Source: an uncultured Bacteroidota bacterium
GTDB lineage: Bacteria > Bacteroidota > Bacteroidia > Bacteroidales > P3
Length of the DNA: 64,000 nucleotides
Direction of reading: 5' to 3'
NCBI GenBank assembly: GCA_902788805.1
Contig: CADALO010000002.1
Location: forward strand, 66,349-130,348
Shown here: in pieces, positions 26,673-36,014 of the stretch
Layout: each line of letters starts with the position of its first letter
Position numbering within the stretch: the stretch's first letter is position 1
Translations under genes and position numbers: made by a program
The notes under the pieces: model-generated
What the model saw: only the letters and a program-made list of their open reading frames with translations
Database searches by the model: none
What the model was told of the DNA's origin: nothing

Positions 26673-27155
26673 ATGACACAGGACGAACATCCCTTTATAA
26701 AAATGGTGACAAATCATACGGCATTGATTGACAAGATATGCCGCTCGTTTTGTGGTAAAAATATAGAGGACAACGAGGACTTGAGGCAGGATATTATATT
26801 GAATCTGTGGCGAGGATGGAAGCGCTGGAAACCATATCATAAGCCGATAACCTGGATATACCGCGTGGCAACGAACACTGCTATCAGCTGGAAACGCAAT
26901 AGAATTAAACAGATTGAAACCCAGCCTTTATACGATTATGACATACCACAAGACGACAATAATAAAGAAGCAATAGAACAACTCTACAATCTTATCCTAC
27001 AGCTACCCGCCTACGACCAGAAACTGCTACAACTATACATAGAGGGATGGTCGGGAACAGAAATCTCAAAGATGATGCAAATATCTGAAAGCAACGTAAC
27101 TACACGCATCGCGCGGATAAAAGGTAAACTAAAAGAATTAAACAGCGAATTATGA
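26673..27155 (+). CDS. ECF-type RNA polymerase sigma-70 factor
   Basis: Region 2 (EDLRQDIILNLWRGW) and region 4 HTH (GWSGTEISKMMQISESNVTTRIARIKGKL). Confidence 0.85.
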   Translation: MTQDEHPFIKMVTNHTALIDKICRSFCGKNIEDNEDLRQDIILNLWRGWKRWKPYHKPITWIYRVATNTAISWKRNRIKQIETQPLYDYDIPQDDNNKEAIEQLYNLILQLPAYDQKLLQLYIEGWSGTEISKMMQISESNVTTRIARIKGKLKELNSEL

Positions 27156-27424
27156 ATACCGAAGAACTTATAGAACAATTGCACGAAACCAACGCTGCCG
27201 AGCGGCAAAAAGAACAGACGAAGCACATACAGTTCCGGCCTTGGTTGTTGACAGTGCCAGTGGCAGCAGCGGCAGTGATACTGTTGCTGCTATTGCCCAA
27301 ACAGGGCGAGGCCAAGCCACAAACAACAACCGGAACACAGGTGTACTGCAACAGCAGCTGCAGCCCCGACGACGTAATGGTCTTGATTCGAGAAGATATA
27401 ACCCATATACAGCAAAACCTATGA
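27152..27424 (+). CDS. small single-pass membrane protein, candidate anti-sigma factor
   Basis: 90 aa. ATGA overlap with the sigma gene. One TM segment (WLLTVPVAAAAVILLLLL). Confidence 0.5.
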   Translation: MNTEELIEQLHETNAAERQKEQTKHIQFRPWLLTVPVAAAAVILLLLLPKQGEAKPQTTTGTQVYCNSSCSPDDVMVLIREDITHIQQNL

Positions 27425-27885
27425 AACGAATAATTCTTTTTGCCGCTATACTCACGGCACTAACCTCAGTTAGCCAAGCACAGACAGCCCTTTACAAGAA
27501 ATACTCCAATATAAAGGGATTGAACGCCTACTGCGTGGAGCGATTCCCATTGGGAAACAACGATTCCGTGACACTCACCTACTTTGTCGCCGACGACAGT
27601 TCAACTTACAACTTTATAAAAAAAGAGTTGCAGAATCTGCCTAAGCCATCAATCTCGGCAGAACTCACTGTAACACCTGAAAAAAAGGCTATTGAGGCAA
27701 CTACAAAAAGAGACCTAAAGGCTGTCATTATTTACACAAGGAAGGCCTTGACTGGTGACAAAGGTGAATATATGATGTTTCTGCCATCGGACAGGAAGAG
27801 CATTCTTGTCTTCCACAACCAAAAACTAAGCGACAAGTTGGCAGTAATAAAATATATGATTGATACAGAATTCAAAAACGACTGA
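27421..27885 (+). CDS. hypothetical secreted protein
   Basis: ORF 27241..27885. ATG 27421 gives signal peptide MKRIILFAAILTALTSVSQAQ and an ATGA overlap with the previous gene. Confidence 0.6.
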   Translation: MKRIILFAAILTALTSVSQAQTALYKKYSNIKGLNAYCVERFPLGNNDSVTLTYFVADDSSTYNFIKKELQNLPKPSISAELTVTPEKKAIEATTKRDLKAVIIYTRKALTGDKGEYMMFLPSDRKSILVFHNQKLSDKLAVIKYMIDTEFKND

Positions 27886-27887
27886 CA

Positions 27888-30116
27888 ATGAGACTATTGC
27901 TGGCAATATTGCTGATAACCATAACACTGTCTGTCTCAGCACAAACCACGGACAGCACAAAGGTTAGGATGAATTCTGTGAGGCTGAAAGCCATCAGCAT
28001 CAAGGCTCCGCGACCAGTGTACAGTATGGACGGCGAGATAGTGAGCTACAACGTGGCCAACGACAGAACAATCAATGGCTTGACGGCGATGGATGCCATC
28101 AAGAACTCACCGACAGTAGAGGTCGACGAGGAGGGCAACATCACTATGCGTGGCTCAGAGAAGGTACAGGTGTGGCTCAACGGCTACCCCACAGGTATGA
28201 ACGGCGCAAGCCTTAAAGCGTTTTTTGAGTCGTTGCCCGCCGAGGCTATCGAACGCATCGAAGTAATAAAGAATCCTTCTGGCAAATATATGGTTGAGGA
28301 TGGGAGTCATATAATCAACATCGTAACATCGAGCAAGTTGCGCCGTTCCGAACTGCTGATGTTCGGTGCCAGCGCCAGCAACCGCCCTTACTTCAGCCCC
28401 TGGGCAAGTTATCTGCTTAAGAACGACCGCCTGACAATGAACCTATACGCCAACTTCGGCAACACCAACAGCTATGCCAACGAACACGGCTACAGCATCT
28501 TCCTGCGCGACAACGGCACAAGTGTCGACACTTCGCAACGCAACACCTACCGCGACACCTCTGGCGGACACCAAATCAACAGCTCTCTATGGTTCAACCT
28601 CAGCTACATCGTCGACTCCGTCACCGACATCAGCGTTATGTCAATGTATACGTTTCAGCGCCAACTGGCGGCCATCTCGAACTACAACTATGAGTACTGG
28701 CATTACTATCCTGACAGCCTGCATTACCTCTACAGCAATCGCACCAACCGCACCGGATACAACGGTTCCGGCTTCACGAATATCAGCTTCAAACACCGAT
28801 TCCGCAAGAAAGGCCATAACATCTCGTTCGGACTCTCTTCGAACTATAGCAACAACTGGAACGACATCACGCTGACACGCGACTATACACCATTATCAAG
28901 CCTTCTTTCGCCTGTCATTGCCGACTACAGCAAGCTGCAAGGGAAAAGCGCCGGCCGCCTTAGTCTAAGTCTCAGCGCAAACTACACTCTTCCGCTCGGT
29001 GAAAATGATGAGCTGTCGCTCAGAGCCACTGGCTCACCCATCAACCGCCACACAAACACAACAAACAATTATTATGCCGATCTTGCTGTCAATCCCGAAC
29101 TCTTCAACATCTCCGACAGCCTTCGCAACGGCACTGTTTACAGCAACAGCCCGTCGACAAGCCTGAACCTCTCGTGGCGACACCAGTGGAAACGCCTCAC
29201 GATGAGCATCGACCTGTGGGGGCAATCCAAGCGCCTGCGGTCGGAATACAGAAAATTCTTTCCTGACAGCAGCACCTATCACTTCCTGACCGTCGAGCCG
29301 TCGCTGAACCTCACCCTCCGCACCAAGTCTATGCACTATCTGCGCTTCAAATACAACCTCGCCTTCACCAACCCCAGCGCATCAAACCTCACCGCCTCAC
29401 GCACATACGGCGAAGACAGCTATAGCATCGGCAATCCGAACATTAAAAGCTCACACACACACAAGTTCAACCTCAGTTGGAACAAATACTTCAGCGGTGG
29501 AAGCTCAATTGGCATTGAAAGCTACGCCAACTTCACCGCCGACGGCATCGAGTCTGTGACCGAAACAACCGTCGAACCCGACCTATGGCTCGGCAGAATA
29601 TTGCAATACACAATACCCTACAATGTCGGCCAATCGCACAAAATAGGCATCGAAAGCAATGCCACCTGGCGCCCTGCATCATACTTCAACATCCGTCTCT
29701 ATGCGAACCTCTATAACGATGGCTACAGTATTGACTATCCGACAGGTACACAGAGCGATGACAACACCTCCTGCAACTTCCGCATAAGCACGACAACAAA
29801 GATTGCAAAACGGGTAAACATCAATGTCTCCGGCAGTTACAATTCACCACAGATGATGCTGTTTGGAGAGAAACAAAGCTCATTCAACCTCAGTCTCAGT
29901 GTGAGCGGCACATTCTTCGACGACAGGCTTTCAGCCTACGTCAAAGTCACCGACCCGTTCAACTGGAACCGCAGCCAAAACTGGACATACGCGCCGTTGT
30001 ATCAGAGTTATAACTCACATCACAGCGACAGTCGGTTCATCACACTCGGCATCAGTTGGCGCTTCGGCAAAGCCGAACTCGAATGGCAGGCACACAAAGG
30101 CGCCTCAGAAGATTGA
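27888..30116 (+). CDS. outer-membrane beta-barrel family protein (TonB-dependent-receptor-like plug plus barrel)
   Basis: 742 aa. Signal peptide. Plug-like region (TAMDAIKNSPTVEVDEEGNITMRGSEKVQVWLNG...ERIEVIKNPS). Long Y/N/S-rich strand region ending ITLGISWRFG. Confidence 0.6.
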   Translation: MRLLLAILLITITLSVSAQTTDSTKVRMNSVRLKAISIKAPRPVYSMDGEIVSYNVANDRTINGLTAMDAIKNSPTVEVDEEGNITMRGSEKVQVWLNGYPTGMNGASLKAFFESLPAEAIERIEVIKNPSGKYMVEDGSHIINIVTSSKLRRSELLMFGASASNRPYFSPWASYLLKNDRLTMNLYANFGNTNSYANEHGYSIFLRDNGTSVDTSQRNTYRDTSGGHQINSSLWFNLSYIVDSVTDISVMSMYTFQRQLAAISNYNYEYWHYYPDSLHYLYSNRTNRTGYNGSGFTNISFKHRFRKKGHNISFGLSSNYSNNWNDITLTRDYTPLSSLLSPVIADYSKLQGKSAGRLSLSLSANYTLPLGENDELSLRATGSPINRHTNTTNNYYADLAVNPELFNISDSLRNGTVYSNSPSTSLNLSWRHQWKRLTMSIDLWGQSKRLRSEYRKFFPDSSTYHFLTVEPSLNLTLRTKSMHYLRFKYNLAFTNPSASNLTASRTYGEDSYSIGNPNIKSSHTHKFNLSWNKYFSGGSSIGIESYANFTADGIESVTETTVEPDLWLGRILQYTIPYNVGQSHKIGIESNATWRPASYFNIRLYANLYNDGYSIDYPTGTQSDDNTSCNFRISTTTKIAKRVNINVSGSYNSPQMMLFGEKQSSFNLSLSVSGTFFDDRLSAYVKVTDPFNWNRSQNWTYAPLYQSYNSHHSDSRFITLGISWRFGKAELEWQAHKGASED

Positions 30117-30153
30117 TACACAATAAAAGAAACGGAAGGTCGTTACCTGCAAT

Positions 30154-31989
30154 ATGGAAACCAAACTCGAACTTCTTTCGCCTGCCAAGAACCTCGAACA
30201 AGGCAAAGCCGCCATCGACCACGGTGCCGACGCTGTATATATCGGAGCACCGCTCTTTGGCGCCCGCGTTGCTGCCGGCAACAGTATCGAGGACATAGAG
30301 GAGCTGGTAAGATATGCCCATATCTTTGGTTCCAAAGTGTTTGCAACCGTAAACACCCTGCTTTTCGACAACGAGTTGGAAGATGCACGACAGCTGATGT
30401 GGCAACTCTACAACGCCGGCGTCGATGCCGCCATAGTGCAGGATATGGGACTCTTAGAACTTGACCTGCCACCTATAGAACTGCACGCCTCGACACAGAC
30501 CCATAACTATGACCCGCGACGCATAAAGCTCTTGGAACAAGTAGGTTTCAAACGCATAATCCTCGCTCGCGAGACATCATTGGAGCAGATGAAAGCACTG
30601 CGCCAAACTGTCACTGCCGACCTTGAGGCTTTCGTGCAGGGTGCCCTCTGCGTATGCTACAGCGGACAATGCTATATGAGCCTCTACCTCAACGGGCGCA
30701 GCGGCAACCGAGGAAGCTGCTCGCAGCCCTGCCGATCGGCTTACGACCTCGTCAACGGACAGGGAAAGACCCTGAAACACAACGAGCACCTTCTGTCGCT
30801 CAAAGACTTTTCGGCCGCACAACACATTGAAAGTATGATTGATGCCGGCATAACATCATTCAAAATCGAAGGGCGTCTGAAAGACCTGACCTACGTAAAG
30901 AACGTGACGGCATACTATCGACAACTGCTCGACAGCATAATTGCATATCACGAAGGACTAAAAACCTCGTCGTCAGGTACAACAACATTCTATTTCACCC
31001 CTGATCTTGAACGGACCTTCAACCGAGGCTTTACCGACTATTACCTGCAGAAACGCCAGCCAATGGCCTCAACCACAACGCAGAAATCTCTGGGCAAGAA
31101 GATTGGCACCGTGCTGTCGGCAAACGGCAACCGTCTGATAGTGAGCTCTTCCGACACTATTTCCGCCGGCGACGGCCTTTGCTACTTCAACAGCGAAAAG
31201 CAACTGGAAGGGTTCCTTGTGAATAGTGTATCGGGCAACACAATCATAACCAACAAGCCATTGAATATCAAGGCTTCCACCACGCTATGGCGCAACAACG
31301 ACCACGCCTTCGAAAAACAACTGCAAGCAAAGAGCGCCGAACGTAAAGTAGCTGTTTCTATGATACTTACCGACTCCGATTCTGGTTTGCAACTAACCGT
31401 TGCCGACCAGGACGGCTGCTGTGCCTCCGCCTCCGTCGAATGCGAAAAGGCTCTTGCACGAGACGAAGCAAAAGCGATAGAGAGTACAAAAACACAGCTG
31501 TCGAAACTTGGAGGTACTCCATTTGGAATCAATACAGTAACCATACAGACACAGCATCCATACTTTATTCCAGCATCGATGCTCAACAACCTGCGTCGCA
31601 AGGCAATAGACAAACTCGTAGAAGTAAGGATACAGCACTTCCACCCAAAAGATACGGTGCTCATTCCAAACGAGATACCCTATTATGAATTCTCTCTTGA
31701 CGGACGAGCCAACATAGTAAACAGTAAAGCCGAAGCCTTCTATCGCCGACACGGTGCAACTGCCATAGAACGGGGCCCTGACCAGCCGGGAATAGGCTTC
31801 AAAAAAGACTTTCCACTGATGACAACGAAGTACTGCCTGCGCTACGAACTGAGCCAATGCCTGATGCACAAATGCAACAAAAGCGTAGCATCCGATTACG
31901 CCGGCGACCTGTTCCTGCTCAATAACGGGCGCCGCTTCCGACTTGCCTTCGACTGCAAGCGCTGCGAAATGCAGATTCTTCCGCTTTAA
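30154..31989 (+). CDS. U32-family peptidase-like protein (long form)
   Basis: 611 aa. ELLSPAKNLEQGKAAIDHGADAVYIGAP N-terminus and the Cys-rich GALCVCYSGQCYMS...GNRGSCSQPCR block typical of U32. Confidence 0.85.
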   Translation: METKLELLSPAKNLEQGKAAIDHGADAVYIGAPLFGARVAAGNSIEDIEELVRYAHIFGSKVFATVNTLLFDNELEDARQLMWQLYNAGVDAAIVQDMGLLELDLPPIELHASTQTHNYDPRRIKLLEQVGFKRIILARETSLEQMKALRQTVTADLEAFVQGALCVCYSGQCYMSLYLNGRSGNRGSCSQPCRSAYDLVNGQGKTLKHNEHLLSLKDFSAAQHIESMIDAGITSFKIEGRLKDLTYVKNVTAYYRQLLDSIIAYHEGLKTSSSGTTTFYFTPDLERTFNRGFTDYYLQKRQPMASTTTQKSLGKKIGTVLSANGNRLIVSSSDTISAGDGLCYFNSEKQLEGFLVNSVSGNTIITNKPLNIKASTTLWRNNDHAFEKQLQAKSAERKVAVSMILTDSDSGLQLTVADQDGCCASASVECEKALARDEAKAIESTKTQLSKLGGTPFGINTVTIQTQHPYFIPASMLNNLRRKAIDKLVEVRIQHFHPKDTVLIPNEIPYYEFSLDGRANIVNSKAEAFYRRHGATAIERGPDQPGIGFKKDFPLMTTKYCLRYELSQCLMHKCNKSVASDYAGDLFLLNNGRRFRLAFDCKRCEMQILPL

Positions 31990-32039
31990 TCTCTGCCCAG
32001 GAAAGGGCTGTCAGCAAAACTGACAAAAGTGGATTGACA

Positions 32040-32250
32040 CCGTGCCAAAAATGGAGTGCGGTGCCATAAAAAACGCCCTTCAAAAATGTTAATAACTTTT
32101 CATTTTCAGCCTCAAAAAAGGCCAAAAAACGGCATTTTTCAACACGCTGATTTCCAGATACCAAATTCCTACCAAAGTTTACTCAAAGTTTTACCAAATT
32201 CTTATCAAATTTTACATTGGTAAAGTATGATAGATTTTTGTTAATAACTT
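32040..32250. repeat. dispersed intergenic element, copy B
   Basis: See copy A. Contains five phased 11-nt units at 32159-32213 (TACCAAATTCC TACCAAAGTTT ACTCAAAGTTT TACCAAATTCT TATCAAATTTT) and GTTAATAAC at 32088 and 32240. Confidence 0.9.
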
Positions 32251-32386
32251 GATAGATTTTATAATCAGAAGAGCGGTGAAGAAGGGGCGGCAAGGTACGT
32301 ATGATGGGCATTGGAAAGTCCGGACCCAAAAGAACGTCAAATTTGAAAAAAGCATTCCCAATTGAGTAGTTTTTCGTACTTTTGCA

Positions 32387-32394
32387 GATAGCTT
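32387..32394 (+). promoter_or_regulatory. putative -7 box TACTTTTG for cutC
   Basis: TAnnTTTG match 32 nt upstream of ATG 32426. Confidence 0.45.
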
Positions 32395-32425
32395 TTATTA
32401 TCAAACAACGACATAACACTCTGAT

Positions 32426-33124
32426 ATGCACGTAGAAATCTGTTGTAATTCAATTCTTTCAGCGCGCAATGCCAAGGCGGGAGGAGCGTATAGGATTGAG
32501 CTGTGCCAGGCGTTGGGCGAAGGCGGAACAACGCCGTCGGCAGCGGCTATCGAATACTGTGTCAAGGAGTTAAATCTGCAGACGCGAGTGCTGATACGTC
32601 CGCGTGGCGGCAATTTCGTTTACGACAACGACGAGATGCGCGTTATTTTGCGCGACATCGAGCTGACCAAACACCTTGGGGCACACGCCGTGGTTGTGGG
32701 CTTCTTGACTGCAGAGGGCGACATTGATACCGAGAATACACGCAGAGCCGTGGAAGCAGCTGATGGTATGGGCATTACTTTTCACCGAGCTTTCGACGAA
32801 TGCCGCAATCCGAAGGAAGCTTTGGAGCAGATTATCGACTGCGGATGCCACAAACTGCTGACTTCGGGCTGCAAGGCGACAGCCTGGGAGGGACGTGAGA
32901 TGCTAAAAAAACTTCTATCGCAGGCCGGTAGACGAATAGGTATTATCGGCGCGTCAGGCATAAGAGTCGATAATGTGCATCAACTCGTCTTGGAAACAGG
33001 ACTTTACGAGGTCCACGCCTCCCTGAAACACACCGTTGACGGGCTCACTTGTACGGCCATAGACCAAGTGCGTGAATTTATGAACATTACGGACGATTTC
33101 CCCAATTATCCGCCAATTAACTAA
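32426..33124 (+). CDS. cutC: copper homeostasis protein CutC family
   Basis: 232 aa. MHVEICCNSILSARNAKAGGAYRIELCQAL..GGTTPS and ITFHRAFD motifs. Confidence 0.85.
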   Translation: MHVEICCNSILSARNAKAGGAYRIELCQALGEGGTTPSAAAIEYCVKELNLQTRVLIRPRGGNFVYDNDEMRVILRDIELTKHLGAHAVVVGFLTAEGDIDTENTRRAVEAADGMGITFHRAFDECRNPKEALEQIIDCGCHKLLTSGCKATAWEGREMLKKLLSQAGRRIGIIGASGIRVDNVHQLVLETGLYEVHASLKHTVDGLTCTAIDQVREFMNITDDFPNYPPIN

Positions 33125-33139
33125 AAACTAAATATCAAT

Positions 33140-35890
33140 ATGAAAAGGTTTTATGCATTATTGTTAACCTCGCTGGCGCTGTTGCTTACAACAACATCGT
33201 GCCACAAGGAGAAGCATTTTATCACCGACAAAGAATATCGTGCACAGGTGCACGCCGACTTCCTTGAACGTCAAGAACTTGCCGCGGGCCGAGCCGACGC
33301 GCTTTTCGCAGGTATGGACACCTTGGACACCGAGACGCGCGAGGCGATGGAGTTCCTGTATGCCTATATGCCCTACAGCGACTTGGCCGACTATGACCAA
33401 TCGTTTTACTTGCAGCAGGTTAGAGCCGCCTTTGCCGCTCGCGAACGCTTCAGTTGGGGCAGCAAGATTCCAGAGGATATATTCCGTCATTTTGTGTTGG
33501 TTTATCGCGTGAACAACGAGAATCTCGATACAGCCAGATTGCTGATGCAAAAGGAGTTGGCTCCGAGAGTGGAAGGCTTGAGTATGTATGATGCCGCTTT
33601 GGAGGTAAACCATTGGTGTCACGAGTATGTTGCCTACCGCGCCAGCGACAGCCGTACCTCGGCACCGCTGGCCACTATGCGTACATCCTTAGGCCGCTGC
33701 GGCGAGGAATCAACCTTTACCGTCACCGCTTTGCGCAGCGTGGGAATACCTGCACGCCAATGCTATACGCCACGTTGGGCACATTGCGACGACAACCACG
33801 CCTGGGTTGAAGTGTTCATCGCCGACAGCAACCGATGGTTTTTTCTCGGTGCCTGCGAGCCCGACCCAGAACTGGATATGGGCTGGTTTGCAGTGCCTTC
33901 CACACGTTGTATGATGGTGCACAGCAAAGCCTTCGGACGATACAAAGGCGACGAGGAGGTTGTGAAACAGACAGCACTCTACAGCGAGCTTAACCTGCTG
34001 AGCCACTATGCTCCTACGAAGAAAATAACGATTACGGTATATGACCACACCGGCAAACCGGTTGAAGGCGCAGATGTTAAGTTTAAGTTGTACAACTACA
34101 GCGAATTCTATCCGTTGGCCACCATCAAGACAAACAAGGAAGGAAAAGCCTCGCTGACCACCGGATTGGGCGACCTTCAGATTTGGGCCACGGACGGTAA
34201 ATGCTACAACAATACAAGATTTGATGTTCGCGAACAGGCTGAAACCGAGCTATATCTGATTTACGAAAACCCCGAAACAACTGACGTCTTAGACAATATA
34301 ACAATGATGGACGTCATTCCGCCTGAAGCCGGAGAAGCCAAAGTGACACCAAGCGAAGAAAAAAGCCGTATAAACGAGCAGCGCAAAGCCCACGAAGATT
34401 CTATCCGCGATGCTTACGTTGCCACATTCCCAACGAAAGAAAACTACAAGAACCTGCTGAAACCCAGCAAGAACCTGTCAGACGAGCAGGCTTGGGAGAT
34501 AATCCACAAGGCTGAAGGGAACTATAAGGAGATTGCGAAATTCATCAACAACCACGCCGATGAGGATTTGACGGAAATGGTAACAATTACCTGCCCCTGC
34601 CTGGAAGAGGACAAGAATGGAGAGTATCATTCCGTCGGTGGCGGCGAAAACAAAACGTATTTCTTATACGACTATCTACATACCTTTAGCGACAAAGATA
34701 TGCGCGATATAACGGCTGAAACGCTTGGGGCACATTGGTGCAAACCGACGGTACCGGCCATTATGGAGACTTATGAAGAATTCTATGTAAAGGGCATAAT
34801 GCCTGCCAGGATCAGCAACGAGATGGTGCGTCCTTGGCGGCAGTTCCTTAAAGAAAAACTTGCAGACATAAAGGATGTCAATAGCCTGATAGTATGGACG
34901 AAAGAAAACATCTTGGTCGACGATACCGGCAACTACTACAACTGTCCCATCTCGCCACGCGGAGTATACGAGCTACACCACAGCGACCGTCACAGCCGCG
35001 ATATCTTCTTCGTCGCTGCCTGCCGCTCGCTGAACATCCCAGCCTATCTCGACAACGCCACAAACACCATCTATGTATGCAACGGTGACGCTGAAAAGCT
35101 CTGGAAGAAAGGCAAATGGGAAGCAATCAGTTTTGAAGAGAAAACTGCCGTACAACCTACCGCAACGCTGACGCTGACATACAAGCCAACCAAAGACTTG
35201 GCCAAACCTGTCTATTGGTCACACTTCTCGTTGGCCAAATACAAGGACGGCGACTTCGTCACATTTGACTTCGAGGACGACAAGCGTATGGACAAATTCC
35301 CTGCAACAATTGCCTTGGAACCAGGATATTATTGCTTGACAACAGGTAATCGCTTCCCTGAAGGCGACGTGCTGGTAAGAGAAGATTATTTCAAAGTCAA
35401 AGAAGGGCAAAAAATCACTAAACAAATAATTCTAAGACCTTTGGTTGAGCGTCTTGTAGCGGTTCAAGCCTCTATTGACCCCAAGCTGGAAATAATACCC
35501 GGAATGGCTACATTAGCCGACTATGCTGGCGAAACGGGTATGCTGTTTATATTTGTTGGCGACTACAAAGAACCCTCGAAACACCTTATCAAGGAGATGC
35601 AGTCGCTCAACAAGGAATACACAGCCTGGGGCGGTATGACCTACCTTGTAGCTCCGGCGTCGGCCAAACCAGCTTCGTGGAAACTGCCTAATACCGACTA
35701 TATTATCAGAGAGCCTAACGACAAGGACCCGTTTGAAAAAGTGATACTTGAGGCGCTTGAAATGGACTTGAGGAACGACTATCCGCTTGTCGCACTCGTC
35801 GACAAAAAGGGTAAAATCCTATTCCGAAGCCACGGCTACTCCATTGGGCTGGCCGAGCAAATATTGAAAAAAATGAACGCAAAGAGCTGA
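33140..35890 (+). CDS. large transglutaminase-like (Cys-His-Asp) domain lipoprotein
   Basis: 916 aa. Signal plus lipobox (LLTTTSC). Transglutaminase core SLGRCGEESTFTVTALRSVGIPARQCYTPRWAHCDDNHAWVEVF. Confidence 0.7.
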   Translation: MKRFYALLLTSLALLLTTTSCHKEKHFITDKEYRAQVHADFLERQELAAGRADALFAGMDTLDTETREAMEFLYAYMPYSDLADYDQSFYLQQVRAAFAARERFSWGSKIPEDIFRHFVLVYRVNNENLDTARLLMQKELAPRVEGLSMYDAALEVNHWCHEYVAYRASDSRTSAPLATMRTSLGRCGEESTFTVTALRSVGIPARQCYTPRWAHCDDNHAWVEVFIADSNRWFFLGACEPDPELDMGWFAVPSTRCMMVHSKAFGRYKGDEEVVKQTALYSELNLLSHYAPTKKITITVYDHTGKPVEGADVKFKLYNYSEFYPLATIKTNKEGKASLTTGLGDLQIWATDGKCYNNTRFDVREQAETELYLIYENPETTDVLDNITMMDVIPPEAGEAKVTPSEEKSRINEQRKAHEDSIRDAYVATFPTKENYKNLLKPSKNLSDEQAWEIIHKAEGNYKEIAKFINNHADEDLTEMVTITCPCLEEDKNGEYHSVGGGENKTYFLYDYLHTFSDKDMRDITAETLGAHWCKPTVPAIMETYEEFYVKGIMPARISNEMVRPWRQFLKEKLADIKDVNSLIVWTKENILVDDTGNYYNCPISPRGVYELHHSDRHSRDIFFVAACRSLNIPAYLDNATNTIYVCNGDAEKLWKKGKWEAISFEEKTAVQPTATLTLTYKPTKDLAKPVYWSHFSLAKYKDGDFVTFDFEDDKRMDKFPATIALEPGYYCLTTGNRFPEGDVLVREDYFKVKEGQKITKQIILRPLVERLVAVQASIDPKLEIIPGMATLADYAGETGMLFIFVGDYKEPSKHLIKEMQSLNKEYTAWGGMTYLVAPASAKPASWKLPNTDYIIREPNDKDPFEKVILEALEMDLRNDYPLVALVDKKGKILFRSHGYSIGLAEQILKKMNAKS

Positions 35891-35908
35891 TAAATAAGAA
35901 TAATTTAT

Positions 35909-35916
35909 TACTTTTG
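35909..35916 (+). promoter_or_regulatory. putative -7 box TACTTTTG for glmS
   Basis: TAnnTTTG match 99 nt upstream of ATG 36015. Confidence 0.35.
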
Positions 35917-36014
35917 TTTTTCGTAAAAAGGACAGATATTAACTGAAATATCTGTTCAAAGTGCGTGTTATCAATAAATTAAACAATAAATACATAAACC
36001 AAATACTATAGAAA

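Noticed and set aside
35917-36014. A glmS ribozyme in the glmS leader.
   Set aside because: The leader contains only one simple 8-bp hairpin, with nothing resembling the multi-helix ribozyme core. The ribozyme is characteristic of Gram-positive lineages.
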